Below are positions 37,115 to 46,578 of a stretch of DNA of 64,000 nt, piece after piece (the first letter of the stretch is position 1; every line of letters begins with the position of its first letter). This DNA comes from Bacteroidales bacterium. GTDB lineage: Bacteria; Bacteroidota; Bacteroidia; Bacteroidales; DTGW01. Both the position numbers and the translations under genes were made by a program. The notes beneath the pieces are model-generated. The model saw only the letters and a list, made by a program, of their open reading frames with translations. It did not search any database and had not been told where the DNA came from. The stretch lies in contig JBMFQE010000012.1 in NCBI GenBank assembly GCA_049968755.1, positions 12,608-76,607 of the forward strand. The letters are read 5' to 3'.

Positions 37115-40100
37115 ATGAAAGCAAAATTACTACTATTCGTATCGGTCTGTGGGCTCATAAGCTGTAATAGGGAAGAACTTACAAGTTTTTCTTCTGCTAA
37201 TAATAAGTATGAAGACACGGATTTGAAGGCAGGCACAGCGGTGAACTGGTATCTTACCAAAGCTGATGGCAGTGTAAAATTTGCCCAGCAAAGCGCGCTG
37301 AGCTGGACTACCGCCACAAATTCATACCCCAGCATTACCCTTAACGAGGGTACGAAATACCAGACAATGGATGGCTTTGGATTTACGCTCACCGAGGGCA
37401 GCGCAGAAGTAATCAGCAGCCTGTCGTCAGCCACGCAGTCAACACTACTGAATGAACTATTTAGTACAAATGGTATTGGGATATCTGTTCTGCGTATCAG
37501 CATTGGTGCATCCGACATGAGTTCTTCGTCATACTCCTATCAGGAGATGGTAACGTATAATGGCACCACAGCACCTGTAGGTGGTTTTATTCGACTCAAA
37601 GGAGCCACCAATGGGAAATATGTAACCTCCAATGATGGGAGCAGTGCCATGGTATGCGATCGCAATAGCGCTTCATCGTGGGAAACTTTCGAAGTGGTAG
37701 ATGCAGGTGGAGGACTGATTGCCCTGCGAGGAAGCAATGGTAAATATGTCTCGGGTACCAGTCCTATGTATTGCAATGCTACATCCATCGGAGCTACAGA
37801 GAAATTTACATGGATATCGCCTGCTGCAGGTCAGGTACAGCTCAAATGCAGTGCAAACAATTACTTTGTATGTTCCGAAAATGGCACCACGGCGATGAAT
37901 TGTAACCGCACCAGCGCTTCGGGCTGGGAGACCTTCAACGTGGAAGCTGCTATTTTCAGCCTCAATGGTCCCGACCTTACCTATTTGATTCCAATCCTGA
38001 AAAAAATCCTGGCCATCAATCCAGCCATAAAGATTTTGGCTACGCCCTGGTCAGCCCCGCGGTGGATGAAAAGCACCCAATCGTGGGTAGGGGGCGAGCT
38101 CATGGCAGCATATTATCAGGCCTACGCTAGTTACTTCAAACGTTACCTCGATGCTATGAAGGCACAGGGTATTACGATATGGGCTATTACCCCTCAGAAT
38201 GAGCCCCTTCATGGCGGCAACGAACCCAGCATGACTATGACCAAGGAACAGCAGGTAACTTTTATTAATTCGTACCTGGGACCCACCCTTCGGAATGCGG
38301 GATATGCTACCCTTATCATTGCTTACGACCATAACTGCGACAATACCGACTACCCCACGTACGTATGCAATAACAGCTCGTATGTTGATGGGGCTGCATT
38401 CCATCTATACGCTGGCTCCATCAGTGCGCTCACCACCGTAAAAAATGCCACGGGAAAAAATGTTTACTTCACCGAACAGTATACCTCCTCCACGGCTAGC
38501 TTCTCGGGCGATTTTCCCTGGCACATGCAAAATGTGATGATAGGTGCACCAAACAACTGGGCTAAAATTGCACTCGAATGGAACCTGGCGACCAATACCA
38601 GCTACGGACCGCATACACCAGGGGGATGTACCACTTGTCTTGGCGCAATTACGATTAACAACAGCACATCTTATACACGCAATGTATCCTATTACCTTTG
38701 CGCTCACCTATCAAAATTCGTACGTCCGGGGGCACAACGCATTCAGTCGACCAGTAACGATGGTGAGTTGTTAAACGTAGCTTTCATAAACGGTGCCAAT
38801 TGCATATTAGTGGTTTACAACACAAGTTATTCCAGCAAAACTTTCAACATTGTACACGGCGGCAGCAGGGCTGTTGCAACGCTACCCGGCAATTCGGCCG
38901 CAACCTTTGTATGGCAAACTGCGCAAGAATCATTGCTTTATACCATTGAAGCTGAGAATTATTCGGCCATGAGTGGTGTACAAACTGAACCCTGCTCGGA
39001 GGGTGGACTCAATGTGGGCTGGATCGACGCAGGCGACTGGATGGCCTACTACAACATTAATTTTCCTACTACCGGCACCTATCGCATCGAATATAGAGTG
39101 GCCAGCATCAACGGCGGAACGCTATCCAGTGACCTCAATGCCGGTAGCATTCAGCTGGGGCAGGTAAGCATTCCCGCTACCGGCGGCTGGCAAAACTGGA
39201 CTACCGTAAGCCAAACCGTTACCATCAACGCAGGTACTTACAACTTTGGCATTTATGCTGTAACAGGAGGCTGGAACATCAACTGGTTTAAAATCTACCA
39301 GCAAACCTCTTCCTCCTCGTTACTCTGGAGCGATGAATTTAATGGTACCAGCCTCAATACCAGCAATTGGGTCTATGAAACAGGTGGTGGTGGATGGGGT
39401 AACAACGAGCTTCAATATTATCGATCCGGCACTGCTAACACAACGGTTTCGGGGGGTACTTTGAAAATTATCGCCAAAAAAGAAAGCTACAGTGGATACC
39501 AGTACACCTCGGCCCGTATTAAAACCCAGGGGAAATATTCGGTGCAGTATGGTAACATCCAGGGTCGAATGCGAGTGCCCATGGGACAGGGATTGTGGCC
39601 GGCTTTCTGGATGCTGGGTAATAACATCACTTCAGTAGGATGGCCCGCCTGCGGCGAAATTGACATAATGGAGCATGTCAATAGCGAAAGTAAAGTTTAT
39701 GGTACTATTCACTGGGACGCTGGGGGACACGCATCATATGGGGGTTCCTACTCTACTACACCACAAAATTGGCATGTATACTCCATCAACTGGAGCTCAA
39801 ACAACATCCGCTGGTATGTCGATGGTGTACAGTACCATGTGGCCAACATTCAAAACAGCATCAACAGTACCGAGGAGTTCCACCGGCCCTTCTTCTTTAT
39901 TCTGAATTTAGCCGTAGGAGGTAACTGGCCTGGTGCTCCAAATGCCTCTACTCCCTTCCCCGCTACTTTTGAAATTGATTACGTAAGGGTATATTCGGCC
40001 GATATGAGTCTCGACGATAAAGTAGCTACCGAAGTGGCCAGCCCCACCAACCAGGCAGAATTTGCAGCAAACCTATATCCCAACCCTGCCACCAATGGAT

Positions 40101-40300
40101 TGGTACAGATCAAACTGGCCAACCGTATCGCAAACACAACAAAAGTTAGCCTCATCGATATGCAGGGCAGGCTATTGTGGAGTGGCTCGTTTAGCGACGA
40201 AAACTTCCAGATCAACACAGGTAACCTCGCGCCAGGGTACTACAACATACTGATAACCAATGGCAGCAAAACGATTGCCCGCAAGTTACAAATCCAATAA
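37115..40300 (+). CDS. secreted multidomain beta-glucanase: GH30 (with nested beta-trefoil) - CBM6 - GH16 - T9SS type A sorting domain
   Basis: 1061 aa with a lipoprotein-type signal (LISC). GH30 motifs are TMDGFGFTLTEGSA, LRISIGASD, PWSAPRWMK and TPQNEP. The CBM6-like part starts YTIEAENY. GH16 has the catalytic GEIDIMEH. The C-terminal LYPNPATNG...KLQIQ is a Por-type tail. Confidence 0.88.
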   Translation: MKAKLLLFVSVCGLISCNREELTSFSSANNKYEDTDLKAGTAVNWYLTKADGSVKFAQQSALSWTTATNSYPSITLNEGTKYQTMDGFGFTLTEGSAEVISSLSSATQSTLLNELFSTNGIGISVLRISIGASDMSSSSYSYQEMVTYNGTTAPVGGFIRLKGATNGKYVTSNDGSSAMVCDRNSASSWETFEVVDAGGGLIALRGSNGKYVSGTSPMYCNATSIGATEKFTWISPAAGQVQLKCSANNYFVCSENGTTAMNCNRTSASGWETFNVEAAIFSLNGPDLTYLIPILKKILAINPAIKILATPWSAPRWMKSTQSWVGGELMAAYYQAYASYFKRYLDAMKAQGITIWAITPQNEPLHGGNEPSMTMTKEQQVTFINSYLGPTLRNAGYATLIIAYDHNCDNTDYPTYVCNNSSYVDGAAFHLYAGSISALTTVKNATGKNVYFTEQYTSSTASFSGDFPWHMQNVMIGAPNNWAKIALEWNLATNTSYGPHTPGGCTTCLGAITINNSTSYTRNVSYYLCAHLSKFVRPGAQRIQSTSNDGELLNVAFINGANCILVVYNTSYSSKTFNIVHGGSRAVATLPGNSAATFVWQTAQESLLYTIEAENYSAMSGVQTEPCSEGGLNVGWIDAGDWMAYYNINFPTTGTYRIEYRVASINGGTLSSDLNAGSIQLGQVSIPATGGWQNWTTVSQTVTINAGTYNFGIYAVTGGWNINWFKIYQQTSSSSLLWSDEFNGTSLNTSNWVYETGGGGWGNNELQYYRSGTANTTVSGGTLKIIAKKESYSGYQYTSARIKTQGKYSVQYGNIQGRMRVPMGQGLWPAFWMLGNNITSVGWPACGEIDIMEHVNSESKVYGTIHWDAGGHASYGGSYSTTPQNWHVYSINWSSNNIRWYVDGVQYHVANIQNSINSTEEFHRPFFFILNLAVGGNWPGAPNASTPFPATFEIDYVRVYSADMSLDDKVATEVASPTNQAEFAANLYPNPATNGLVQIKLANRIANTTKVSLIDMQGRLLWSGSFSDENFQINTGNLAPGYYNILITNGSKTIARKLQIQ

Positions 40301-40334
40301 AACATGAGTGCTGATAAATAAAATTTAGTATCTT

Positions 40335-40370
40335 TCAGAGTTGGACACTAATGTCCAACTCTGATTTTTT
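40335..40370 (+). terminator. intrinsic terminator of the glucanase gene
   Basis: 13-bp perfect stem TCAGAGTTGGACA-CTAA-TGTCCAACTCTGA followed by T6, 35 nt after the stop. Confidence 0.85.
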
Positions 40371-40393
40371 ATTAAGTAAACCATAATATACAC

Positions 40394-41245
40394 ATGTATC
40401 GATTAGCATTTATAATATTTCTGTTCATATCAAATTACCCTATTATCCTGGGTCAGCAATTGTTCAACCGATGGGACTCGGTTTGTTATGCACTCGGCAT
40501 AACCTGGCAGGATGATTTATCTCGACATAACATGAAAATATCCCCAAAGGTTTTTGTAGGAGGTATTAGTGCCTATTACCGCAACGATACCACCATCTTT
40601 TCGCTGACAAAGGCTTACGACTTTCTTGAGCAACACGAAAAACAATTGAGCAGCGACACGATTAGTCCATCGTTACGCGATAGTCTTTCATTTGCGCTGG
40701 GACTTGCCTGGGCAAAAAACATTTATGCAACCGGTTTCCCCTGTCCCGACACCAGCCTGTTGTTAGCAGGTATGCAGGCAAAAGTATCTCCCAAATTAGC
40801 AGTCAAGCCTGCCAGAAAATTGCTCACCCAATATCTTGATAAACTCAGGGAAGAAGAGTATAGGGGCATAAAATTGCTCAATGAAAACTGGCTGGCAACC
40901 AATAAGAATAAAATTGGGGTAATTGTCCTCCCTTCAGGAGTACAATATAAAGTAATCAACCCACCGGTGAACGACCGTGCGCCATCCGATACCAGTGTTT
41001 TTGTACTTTCCTATAAGGCCATGCTTATCGATGGAACCATATTTGACCAAACCCAGAAACCCGAAAAATTTTATCTTTCTGCCCTCATTCCCGGACTGCA
41101 CGAAATATTGCTTTCGATGAGGGTAGGTGAAAAAAGAGAAATATACATCCCCTACTTTCTGGCCTTCGGTACTGGTGGCATAAAAAACACCGTTCCACCT
41201 TTTGCTACAGTAATTTACGAAATAGAACTGGTGGATGTGGAGTAA
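40394..41245 (+). CDS. FKBP-type peptidyl-prolyl cis-trans isomerase
   Basis: 283 aa with a signal-like N-terminus and a C-terminal FKBP domain (SGVQYKVI...MLIDGTIFDQT...PGLHEILLSMRVGEKREIYIP...IPPFATVIYEIELVDV). Confidence 0.85.
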   Translation: MYRLAFIIFLFISNYPIILGQQLFNRWDSVCYALGITWQDDLSRHNMKISPKVFVGGISAYYRNDTTIFSLTKAYDFLEQHEKQLSSDTISPSLRDSLSFALGLAWAKNIYATGFPCPDTSLLLAGMQAKVSPKLAVKPARKLLTQYLDKLREEEYRGIKLLNENWLATNKNKIGVIVLPSGVQYKVINPPVNDRAPSDTSVFVLSYKAMLIDGTIFDQTQKPEKFYLSALIPGLHEILLSMRVGEKREIYIPYFLAFGTGGIKNTVPPFATVIYEIELVDVE

Positions 41246-41290
41246 ACACTCCTGTTCCACCAGCCACACATTGCAAACAAGACAGCTAAA

Positions 41291-42637
41291 CTATTTTGCA
41301 ATCAATATCTTACTTAATAGCACTATATTTTTGGGATTGGAATAATCATACTGGTAAATACCGCTATCGCCAGTCATGATAAGCACACCATCGAGTGGGA
41401 TAACATCAAAGGCCTGTTTATCGGGATACTGAGCTATCAGGTGCTCATGCAATTTCATTTTATCGGTGGCATCATAAATCTTCAATCCCGCCTCCCCATC
41501 GCAAATAAATAGTAGATTATTATCGATTCCGAGCCCATGCGGATTGGTCATATCGTATTCTTTAACCAGAACCGGATTGGCAATATCCGAAATATTAACA
41601 ATATCAAGCCGATTGACATTGCCAAAGCATCGAGTGCCTGTACGCAGGGTTACATAGGCATAGTTCCCTTCGACCACTACCGGATCGCAACTGCGAACAT
41701 GCGAATAAGTGGTGATATATTGTGGCTGAAAAGGATTCGCTAAGTCGTAAATAAGCATTCCCGTTTGCGAACCCACAAAAAGACGATTTTTGTAGGGGAA
41801 AAGAGTCTCTATTCCCCACATAGTTGTTACCCCACCCATTTTTATGGGGTTGCGCACGTCGGTAATGTCAAAAATGAGAATTTCGATGGAATTATTTATA
41901 GCATATAAAACATCTTTGTTGATAGTAAACCTTGCCATGGAACCACCAATACCAACACCAGCGCCATTGCCCGTTGGTATTACGCCTCCATTGTTTCCTA
42001 AAGCTATTTTATCGTATGCATAAATGGGATAATATCGATTTTCGTATTGTACGGCATCCTTCTCTACGTATTTTTCTTCATAACCCACAACCACTCCTTT
42101 TTGGGGCTCAATTTGCTCCATCAGCAGTTGTGAGGAGGACTCGGGAATTGTATAGGGAAAAATGCTGTCGATTCGTTTTACCTCTTTTACATTTTGTATA
42201 TCGCTAATATCGAGCGCTACCAGATCAATATAGCTATCAGCATATAAAATTCCTCCTTTGATCGACATATCCACATTGCCTGGAATATTGATAAAGGTCT
42301 TAAAAACCGGATTTGCAGGATCGGAATTATCAATAACATGAATCCCCTTATTATACTCGTTGACAAACAAATAGTTATTCCAAAAATATATTTTACCCGG
42401 TTTGGCAATTTTTGTTTCGGTAGCAGGCATCGACTTTATTGAACTGCGTAATTCCGTGTAGCTCATATACACTGGCGCACTGACCCTATATCGTTCTATA
42501 ACCTTATCCTGACAGGCAAACAGGTAAAGTCCAGTAAGGGCTGATAAAGATACTCTGGCAATGTATTTCAATAAACCCGAACAACTGCTGATAAATCCTG
42601 GATTTATCGCATTTTTATGTATTAACATTCGTTTCAT
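41291..42637 (-). CDS. LVIVD-repeat beta-propeller lipoprotein
   Basis: The track start at 42706 is TTG and lies in a hairpin; the first ATG is at 42637 (MKRMLIHK...). Has a lipobox (LYLFAC). Repeated blocks such as GILYADSYIDLVALDISD, RLFVGSQTGMLIYDL and NYAYVTLR resemble LVIVD repeats. Confidence 0.65.
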   Translation of the reverse strand: MKRMLIHKNAINPGFISSCSGLLKYIARVSLSALTGLYLFACQDKVIERYRVSAPVYMSYTELRSSIKSMPATETKIAKPGKIYFWNNYLFVNEYNKGIHVIDNSDPANPVFKTFINIPGNVDMSIKGGILYADSYIDLVALDISDIQNVKEVKRIDSIFPYTIPESSSQLLMEQIEPQKGVVVGYEEKYVEKDAVQYENRYYPIYAYDKIALGNNGGVIPTGNGAGVGIGGSMARFTINKDVLYAINNSIEILIFDITDVRNPIKMGGVTTMWGIETLFPYKNRLFVGSQTGMLIYDLANPFQPQYITTYSHVRSCDPVVVEGNYAYVTLRTGTRCFGNVNRLDIVNISDIANPVLVKEYDMTNPHGLGIDNNLLFICDGEAGLKIYDATDKMKLHEHLIAQYPDKQAFDVIPLDGVLIMTGDSGIYQYDYSNPKNIVLLSKILIAK

Positions 42638-42679
42638 GTAAAATTTTTTAATTTTTAATACTTTGATGGAGAAAAACGT

Positions 42680-42712
42680 AAAAAGTTGCGTAATAGCCTT
42701 GCGCAACTTTTT
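42680..42712. other. 11-bp perfect hairpin in a divergent intergenic region
   Basis: AAAAAGTTGCG-TAATAGCCTTG-CGCAACTTTTT. A-run and T-run flanks give it the shape of a bidirectional terminator. Confidence 0.5.
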
Positions 42713-42789
42713 ATGATTAGAGACATCTTTAAGGAAAATAACACTCCTGTAAATAATTTACCTCATCCGAAACAATAAAATTCACAAAA

Positions 42790-43371
42790 ATGAAAAATGC
42801 AATTATCACTTTCGTATTATTCTGCCTGCTGAAAGCCATAAATGGTCAAACGCCGGAAGATACCCTTCCTTCGTTATATTTGAAAAGCCATATTGGTTTT
42901 TTGATTGGTACCGTTGAAAGCGAGATGAAAGCGCCCTTTAGTTTTATGTCCGATATTAACGTCAGAGCTTCAAAGGTCTTGCATGCAGGCATGGGAAGTG
43001 GGCTTGAATTTTTTCAAACTACCTATATTCCAATATATCTGGTAATATCTGCAAAACCTTTTACACGCCATATAGTTTTTTTCTGTTCTGGTGGCTATAC
43101 CTTTCCCCTGAATAAAAGAGTTAATTTTAAGGATGGGTATAATTACCAATTTTCTGCAGGCTATTTTGTGAATCCAGAACTCACATATATTTTTTGTAAA
43201 CCTGTCAATAGGCATGCCTTTCTTGTCGGAATAGGATACCGCTATCAGCGAACCGATGCAAAACGGCTGGAACCGACCAATAATTACTGGCCCTATAACC
43301 CTTCGTATGATTACACGTTGATAACCGTACTGAACCGTTTTTCGCTACGAGTGGGATATATATTTTTCTAA
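42790..43371 (+). CDS. hypothetical exported protein, possible small outer-membrane beta-barrel
   Basis: 193 aa with a signal peptide (FCLLKAINGQ). Has alternating aromatic/aliphatic segments and a C-terminal RVGYIFF ending in Phe, typical of OM barrels. Confidence 0.5.
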   Translation: MKNAIITFVLFCLLKAINGQTPEDTLPSLYLKSHIGFLIGTVESEMKAPFSFMSDINVRASKVLHAGMGSGLEFFQTTYIPIYLVISAKPFTRHIVFFCSGGYTFPLNKRVNFKDGYNYQFSAGYFVNPELTYIFCKPVNRHAFLVGIGYRYQRTDAKRLEPTNNYWPYNPSYDYTLITVLNRFSLRVGYIFF

Positions 43372-45210
43372 CTATTCAACAGTCACCGACTTGGCTAGAT
43401 TACGGGGTTGATCAACGTTACATCCACGCATTACGGCGATATAATATGAAAGTAGTTGTAGGGGGATCACGGCCAGTAAAGGCATGAGGGCTTCCTCCGT
43501 GTGAGGGATTTCAATTACATGATGAGCCATTTCCTTAATCTTGGTATCGCCCTCGTTTACCACAGCAATGATGATACCCTTACGCGCACGTACCTCCTGC
43601 ACATTTGAGATTATTTTCTCGTAGGTTTTATCCTGGACTGCTACAAACACTACAGGCATATTTTCATCGATCAGGGCAATGGGTCCATGTTTCATTTCGG
43701 CTGCGGGGTAACCTTCAGCATGAATATAGGAAATTTCCTTAAGCTTAAGCGCACCCTCAAGGGCTACCGGGTACAGATAACCACGCCCCAAATACAAGCA
43801 GTTGGTTGCATGTTGGTAGATAGAAGCAATATGACGGACTTTTTCGGTATTTTGCAGGATTTTTTCAATTTTATTGGGGATGTTGGCCAGCTCGGTAAGA
43901 AGTTCTTCATAACGCTCGACCGAAAGCACATTACGTTTACGTCCAAGCAGTATAGCCATCATGGCCAGCACGGTTACCTGGCTTGTGAACGCTTTGGTAG
44001 AAGCTACCCCTATTTCGGGACCAGCATGGGTATACACCCCCGCATGTGTTTCACGGGGAATACTCGAGCCCACTACATTACAAATACCCAGGACCAAAGC
44101 ACCTTGCTGCTTTGCCAGCTGAATAGCAGCCAGCGTGTCGGCCGTTTCACCACTCTGGCTAATGGCTATGACTATATCGTCTTCGTAAAGCACCGGATTG
44201 CGATAACGAAATTCCGAGCCGTATTCAACCTCAACCGGTATGCGGGCCAGTTCCTCAAATAAATATTCACCCACCAATCCGGCGTGCCATGAGGTACCAC
44301 ATCCAACTATAATAATACGTTTTGCCTCAATTAGCCTTGGAAGCACGTTATATAAGCCTCCTAAATGTATCTCTTTTTTATCGAGAGAAATACGTCCCCT
44401 GAAGGTATCCTGGATGGCCCGGGGTTGCTCGAATATTTCTTTAAGCATGAAATGATCGAAACCATTTTTTTCAATCTCATCCACATCAAGGTCAAGCTGA
44501 TGAATGGTAGGTTGAATGACTTTATCGTTTTTTACAGTTTTTAAAGTCAGCTCATCCTTGCGTATGATAGCCACATCATCGTCGTTGAGGAAGATTACGC
44601 TTTTGGTGTGCTCGACTATCGGCGTAGCATCGGAAGCAACAAAATATTCACCCTCACCTACACCTATTACTAAAGGACTCCCTTTACGGGCTGCAATTAG
44701 CTGCTCGGGCTCATCGGTACACATGATTACCAAACCATAGGCCCCTATTACTTTCGACAGGGCAACCCTTACGGCAATTTCAGCAGATGTTTTCCCCTCC
44801 AGATAAACGTATTCGATAAAATTCACCAGCACCTCAGAGTCGGTTTCTCCCTTAAATCGGTAGCCTTTCTCCTCGAGAATTCTCTTAAGATGAGCATAAT
44901 TTTCAATAATACCATTATGGATGAGAACAAATTTGCCATACATCGACTGGTGCGGATGGGCATTTATATCATTGGGTTCGCCATGTGTGGCCCAACGCGT
45001 ATGACCCATGCCTACAAAACCCGAAAGAGTTTTGGAAGCAGTAAAGCTCTCGAGATCGCTAACTTTACCCTTGCGCTTGTAAATGGTGGTTTCGCCATTA
45101 TAAATAGCAATACCTGCCGAATCGTATCCACGATACTCAAGCCTTTTGAGACCATTGATGAGTATGGGGTAAGCTTCTTTATTGCCTATGTATCCGACAA
45201 TTCCACACAT
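43372..45210 (-). CDS. glmS: glutamine--fructose-6-phosphate aminotransferase (isomerizing)
   Basis: 612 aa with the MCGIVGYIG N-terminal nucleophile, two SIS domains and the C-terminal NLAKSVTVE. Confidence 0.97.
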   Translation of the reverse strand: MCGIVGYIGNKEAYPILINGLKRLEYRGYDSAGIAIYNGETTIYKRKGKVSDLESFTASKTLSGFVGMGHTRWATHGEPNDINAHPHQSMYGKFVLIHNGIIENYAHLKRILEEKGYRFKGETDSEVLVNFIEYVYLEGKTSAEIAVRVALSKVIGAYGLVIMCTDEPEQLIAARKGSPLVIGVGEGEYFVASDATPIVEHTKSVIFLNDDDVAIIRKDELTLKTVKNDKVIQPTIHQLDLDVDEIEKNGFDHFMLKEIFEQPRAIQDTFRGRISLDKKEIHLGGLYNVLPRLIEAKRIIIVGCGTSWHAGLVGEYLFEELARIPVEVEYGSEFRYRNPVLYEDDIVIAISQSGETADTLAAIQLAKQQGALVLGICNVVGSSIPRETHAGVYTHAGPEIGVASTKAFTSQVTVLAMMAILLGRKRNVLSVERYEELLTELANIPNKIEKILQNTEKVRHIASIYQHATNCLYLGRGYLYPVALEGALKLKEISYIHAEGYPAAEMKHGPIALIDENMPVVFVAVQDKTYEKIISNVQEVRARKGIIIAVVNEGDTKIKEMAHHVIEIPHTEEALMPLLAVIPLQLLSYYIAVMRGCNVDQPRNLAKSVTVE

Positions 45211-45213
45211 GGC

Positions 45214-46578
45214 TTAATGCTTTAAATATTTTATCTTAAGTTTCAGCTTATTTTTAAGAAATGCCGATTGAACGCTATACCGATAGGTAGGGAAAAAATA
45301 TAGCTCCTCTATGCTGGTAGCATTATTCAATCTTTTATTGATATAATCCGTAACATCGAGCAGGTAAGAGTGGGTAGAAGTATCGATGGTACTATTATAC
45401 AATGGATTACCAAAAACACTGGAATAGGATGCAAAGGAATCGACCCCTGCCGAGATTTTCAAATCGATATCCTTGAGCTTGGGGGTATACGTGGGGTTTA
45501 CCGGTGCCTTATAAAAATAATCATCGTATGCAACATACAGGTCGGCCTTTATCACATTGTAATAATTTCCGGATCGAATTAGCGGACTTAGTTTGCTAAA
45601 ATCAAGCTTGGCCCGGTAAGGACTTTCTCCGAGTATATAAATCATAGTGTCGTTGGACAAACCATTCAAGGCCGTTTTAACTTTTGCCTTTGAGTGGTCC
45701 CAGGTAATTATGCTAATTCCTCCGTTGTTATAGCCGAAGGGGGTCTTTTCGTCATAGTAATAATTGTAAAAATATCCACGTATTCTATGAAGGGTAGTAT
45801 CGCCAATCGTATGATAGACAAACTCAATGTAGGTACTCGAATCGCCTGTACGAAGTCGGTAAATAATGTCATTGTGAACGTATTGTGGATAAAACATCAG
45901 ACCATATATGCCCTTCTCGTGACGCAGAGTATCGGACCGTATCTGTGTCGAATCAAGGTTAAGGTACTGCTGAAAGTATGCTAAAGCTGAATTGGGAAAA
46001 TAAAAAGACATCAAGTTTTTATAGGGGTAGTCAAACAATTTGGATGCAAGCATATAGCTCCCCTGGGTAAACGAGCTAATATTGGTAGTGGCCTGATAAA
46101 CAGAATCTTTTTTTATGGGTTTGGTAAGTGGGTAAATCGCAAGCCTGAAGGAATGGTCGAGCGGATTGGCCGGATTGGGGTTATGATAAACTATCGAATC
46201 GAAATATAGAGATATTCTAACCGAATCGATGATTCTTTGTTTACCCCAGGTAGCCGTGTCGTAGGGATAGGGGAAATAAATATCGGTAGCAAAGGCGGCA
46301 AGCATTTTTCCAAAAACCGGATCATAAGCCACCCCTAAAAATGGATTATTCAGGCTGGCCCATGACCATGGGGCCAAATAAGGGGTTAAGGTTACCTCGA
46401 TAGTATCAATGTAATAGGCAGGCATTTTGTCAGAGGGCGGCAGCAGGTCTATTCCCAGATCGGTAGCTTTATCGTCGCAGGATGCGGTTATAACAGCAAT
46501 ACTAATAACTAACAGAAAAATTGGAATGAACCTATTTTTTCTCGAGCAGCTGATCATAAAATTTCGAATACTCATCAA
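45214..46578 (-). CDS. DUF4270-like lipoprotein
   Basis: 454 aa with a lipobox (ITASCDD). Lies between the short GT5 protein and glmS, which I recall as a conserved Bacteroidota arrangement. The start is uncertain (alternative ATG at 46557). Confidence 0.55.
   Translation of the reverse strand: MMSIRNFMISCSRKNRFIPIFLLVISIAVITASCDDKATDLGIDLLPPSDKMPAYYIDTIEVTLTPYLAPWSWASLNNPFLGVAYDPVFGKMLAAFATDIYFPYPYDTATWGKQRIIDSVRISLYFDSIVYHNPNPANPLDHSFRLAIYPLTKPIKKDSVYQATTNISSFTQGSYMLASKLFDYPYKNLMSFYFPNSALAYFQQYLNLDSTQIRSDTLRHEKGIYGLMFYPQYVHNDIIYRLRTGDSSTYIEFVYHTIGDTTLHRIRGYFYNYYYDEKTPFGYNNGGISIITWDHSKAKVKTALNGLSNDTMIYILGESPYRAKLDFSKLSPLIRSGNYYNVIKADLYVAYDDYFYKAPVNPTYTPKLKDIDLKISAGVDSFASYSSVFGNPLYNSTIDTSTHSYLLDVTDYINKRLNNATSIEELYFFPTYRYSVQSAFLKNKLKLKIKYLKH

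Noticed and set aside
45211-45213. Looked for a glmS ribozyme or leader upstream of glmS
   Set aside because: Only 3 nt separate glmS from the preceding DUF4270 gene, so there is no room for a structured leader.
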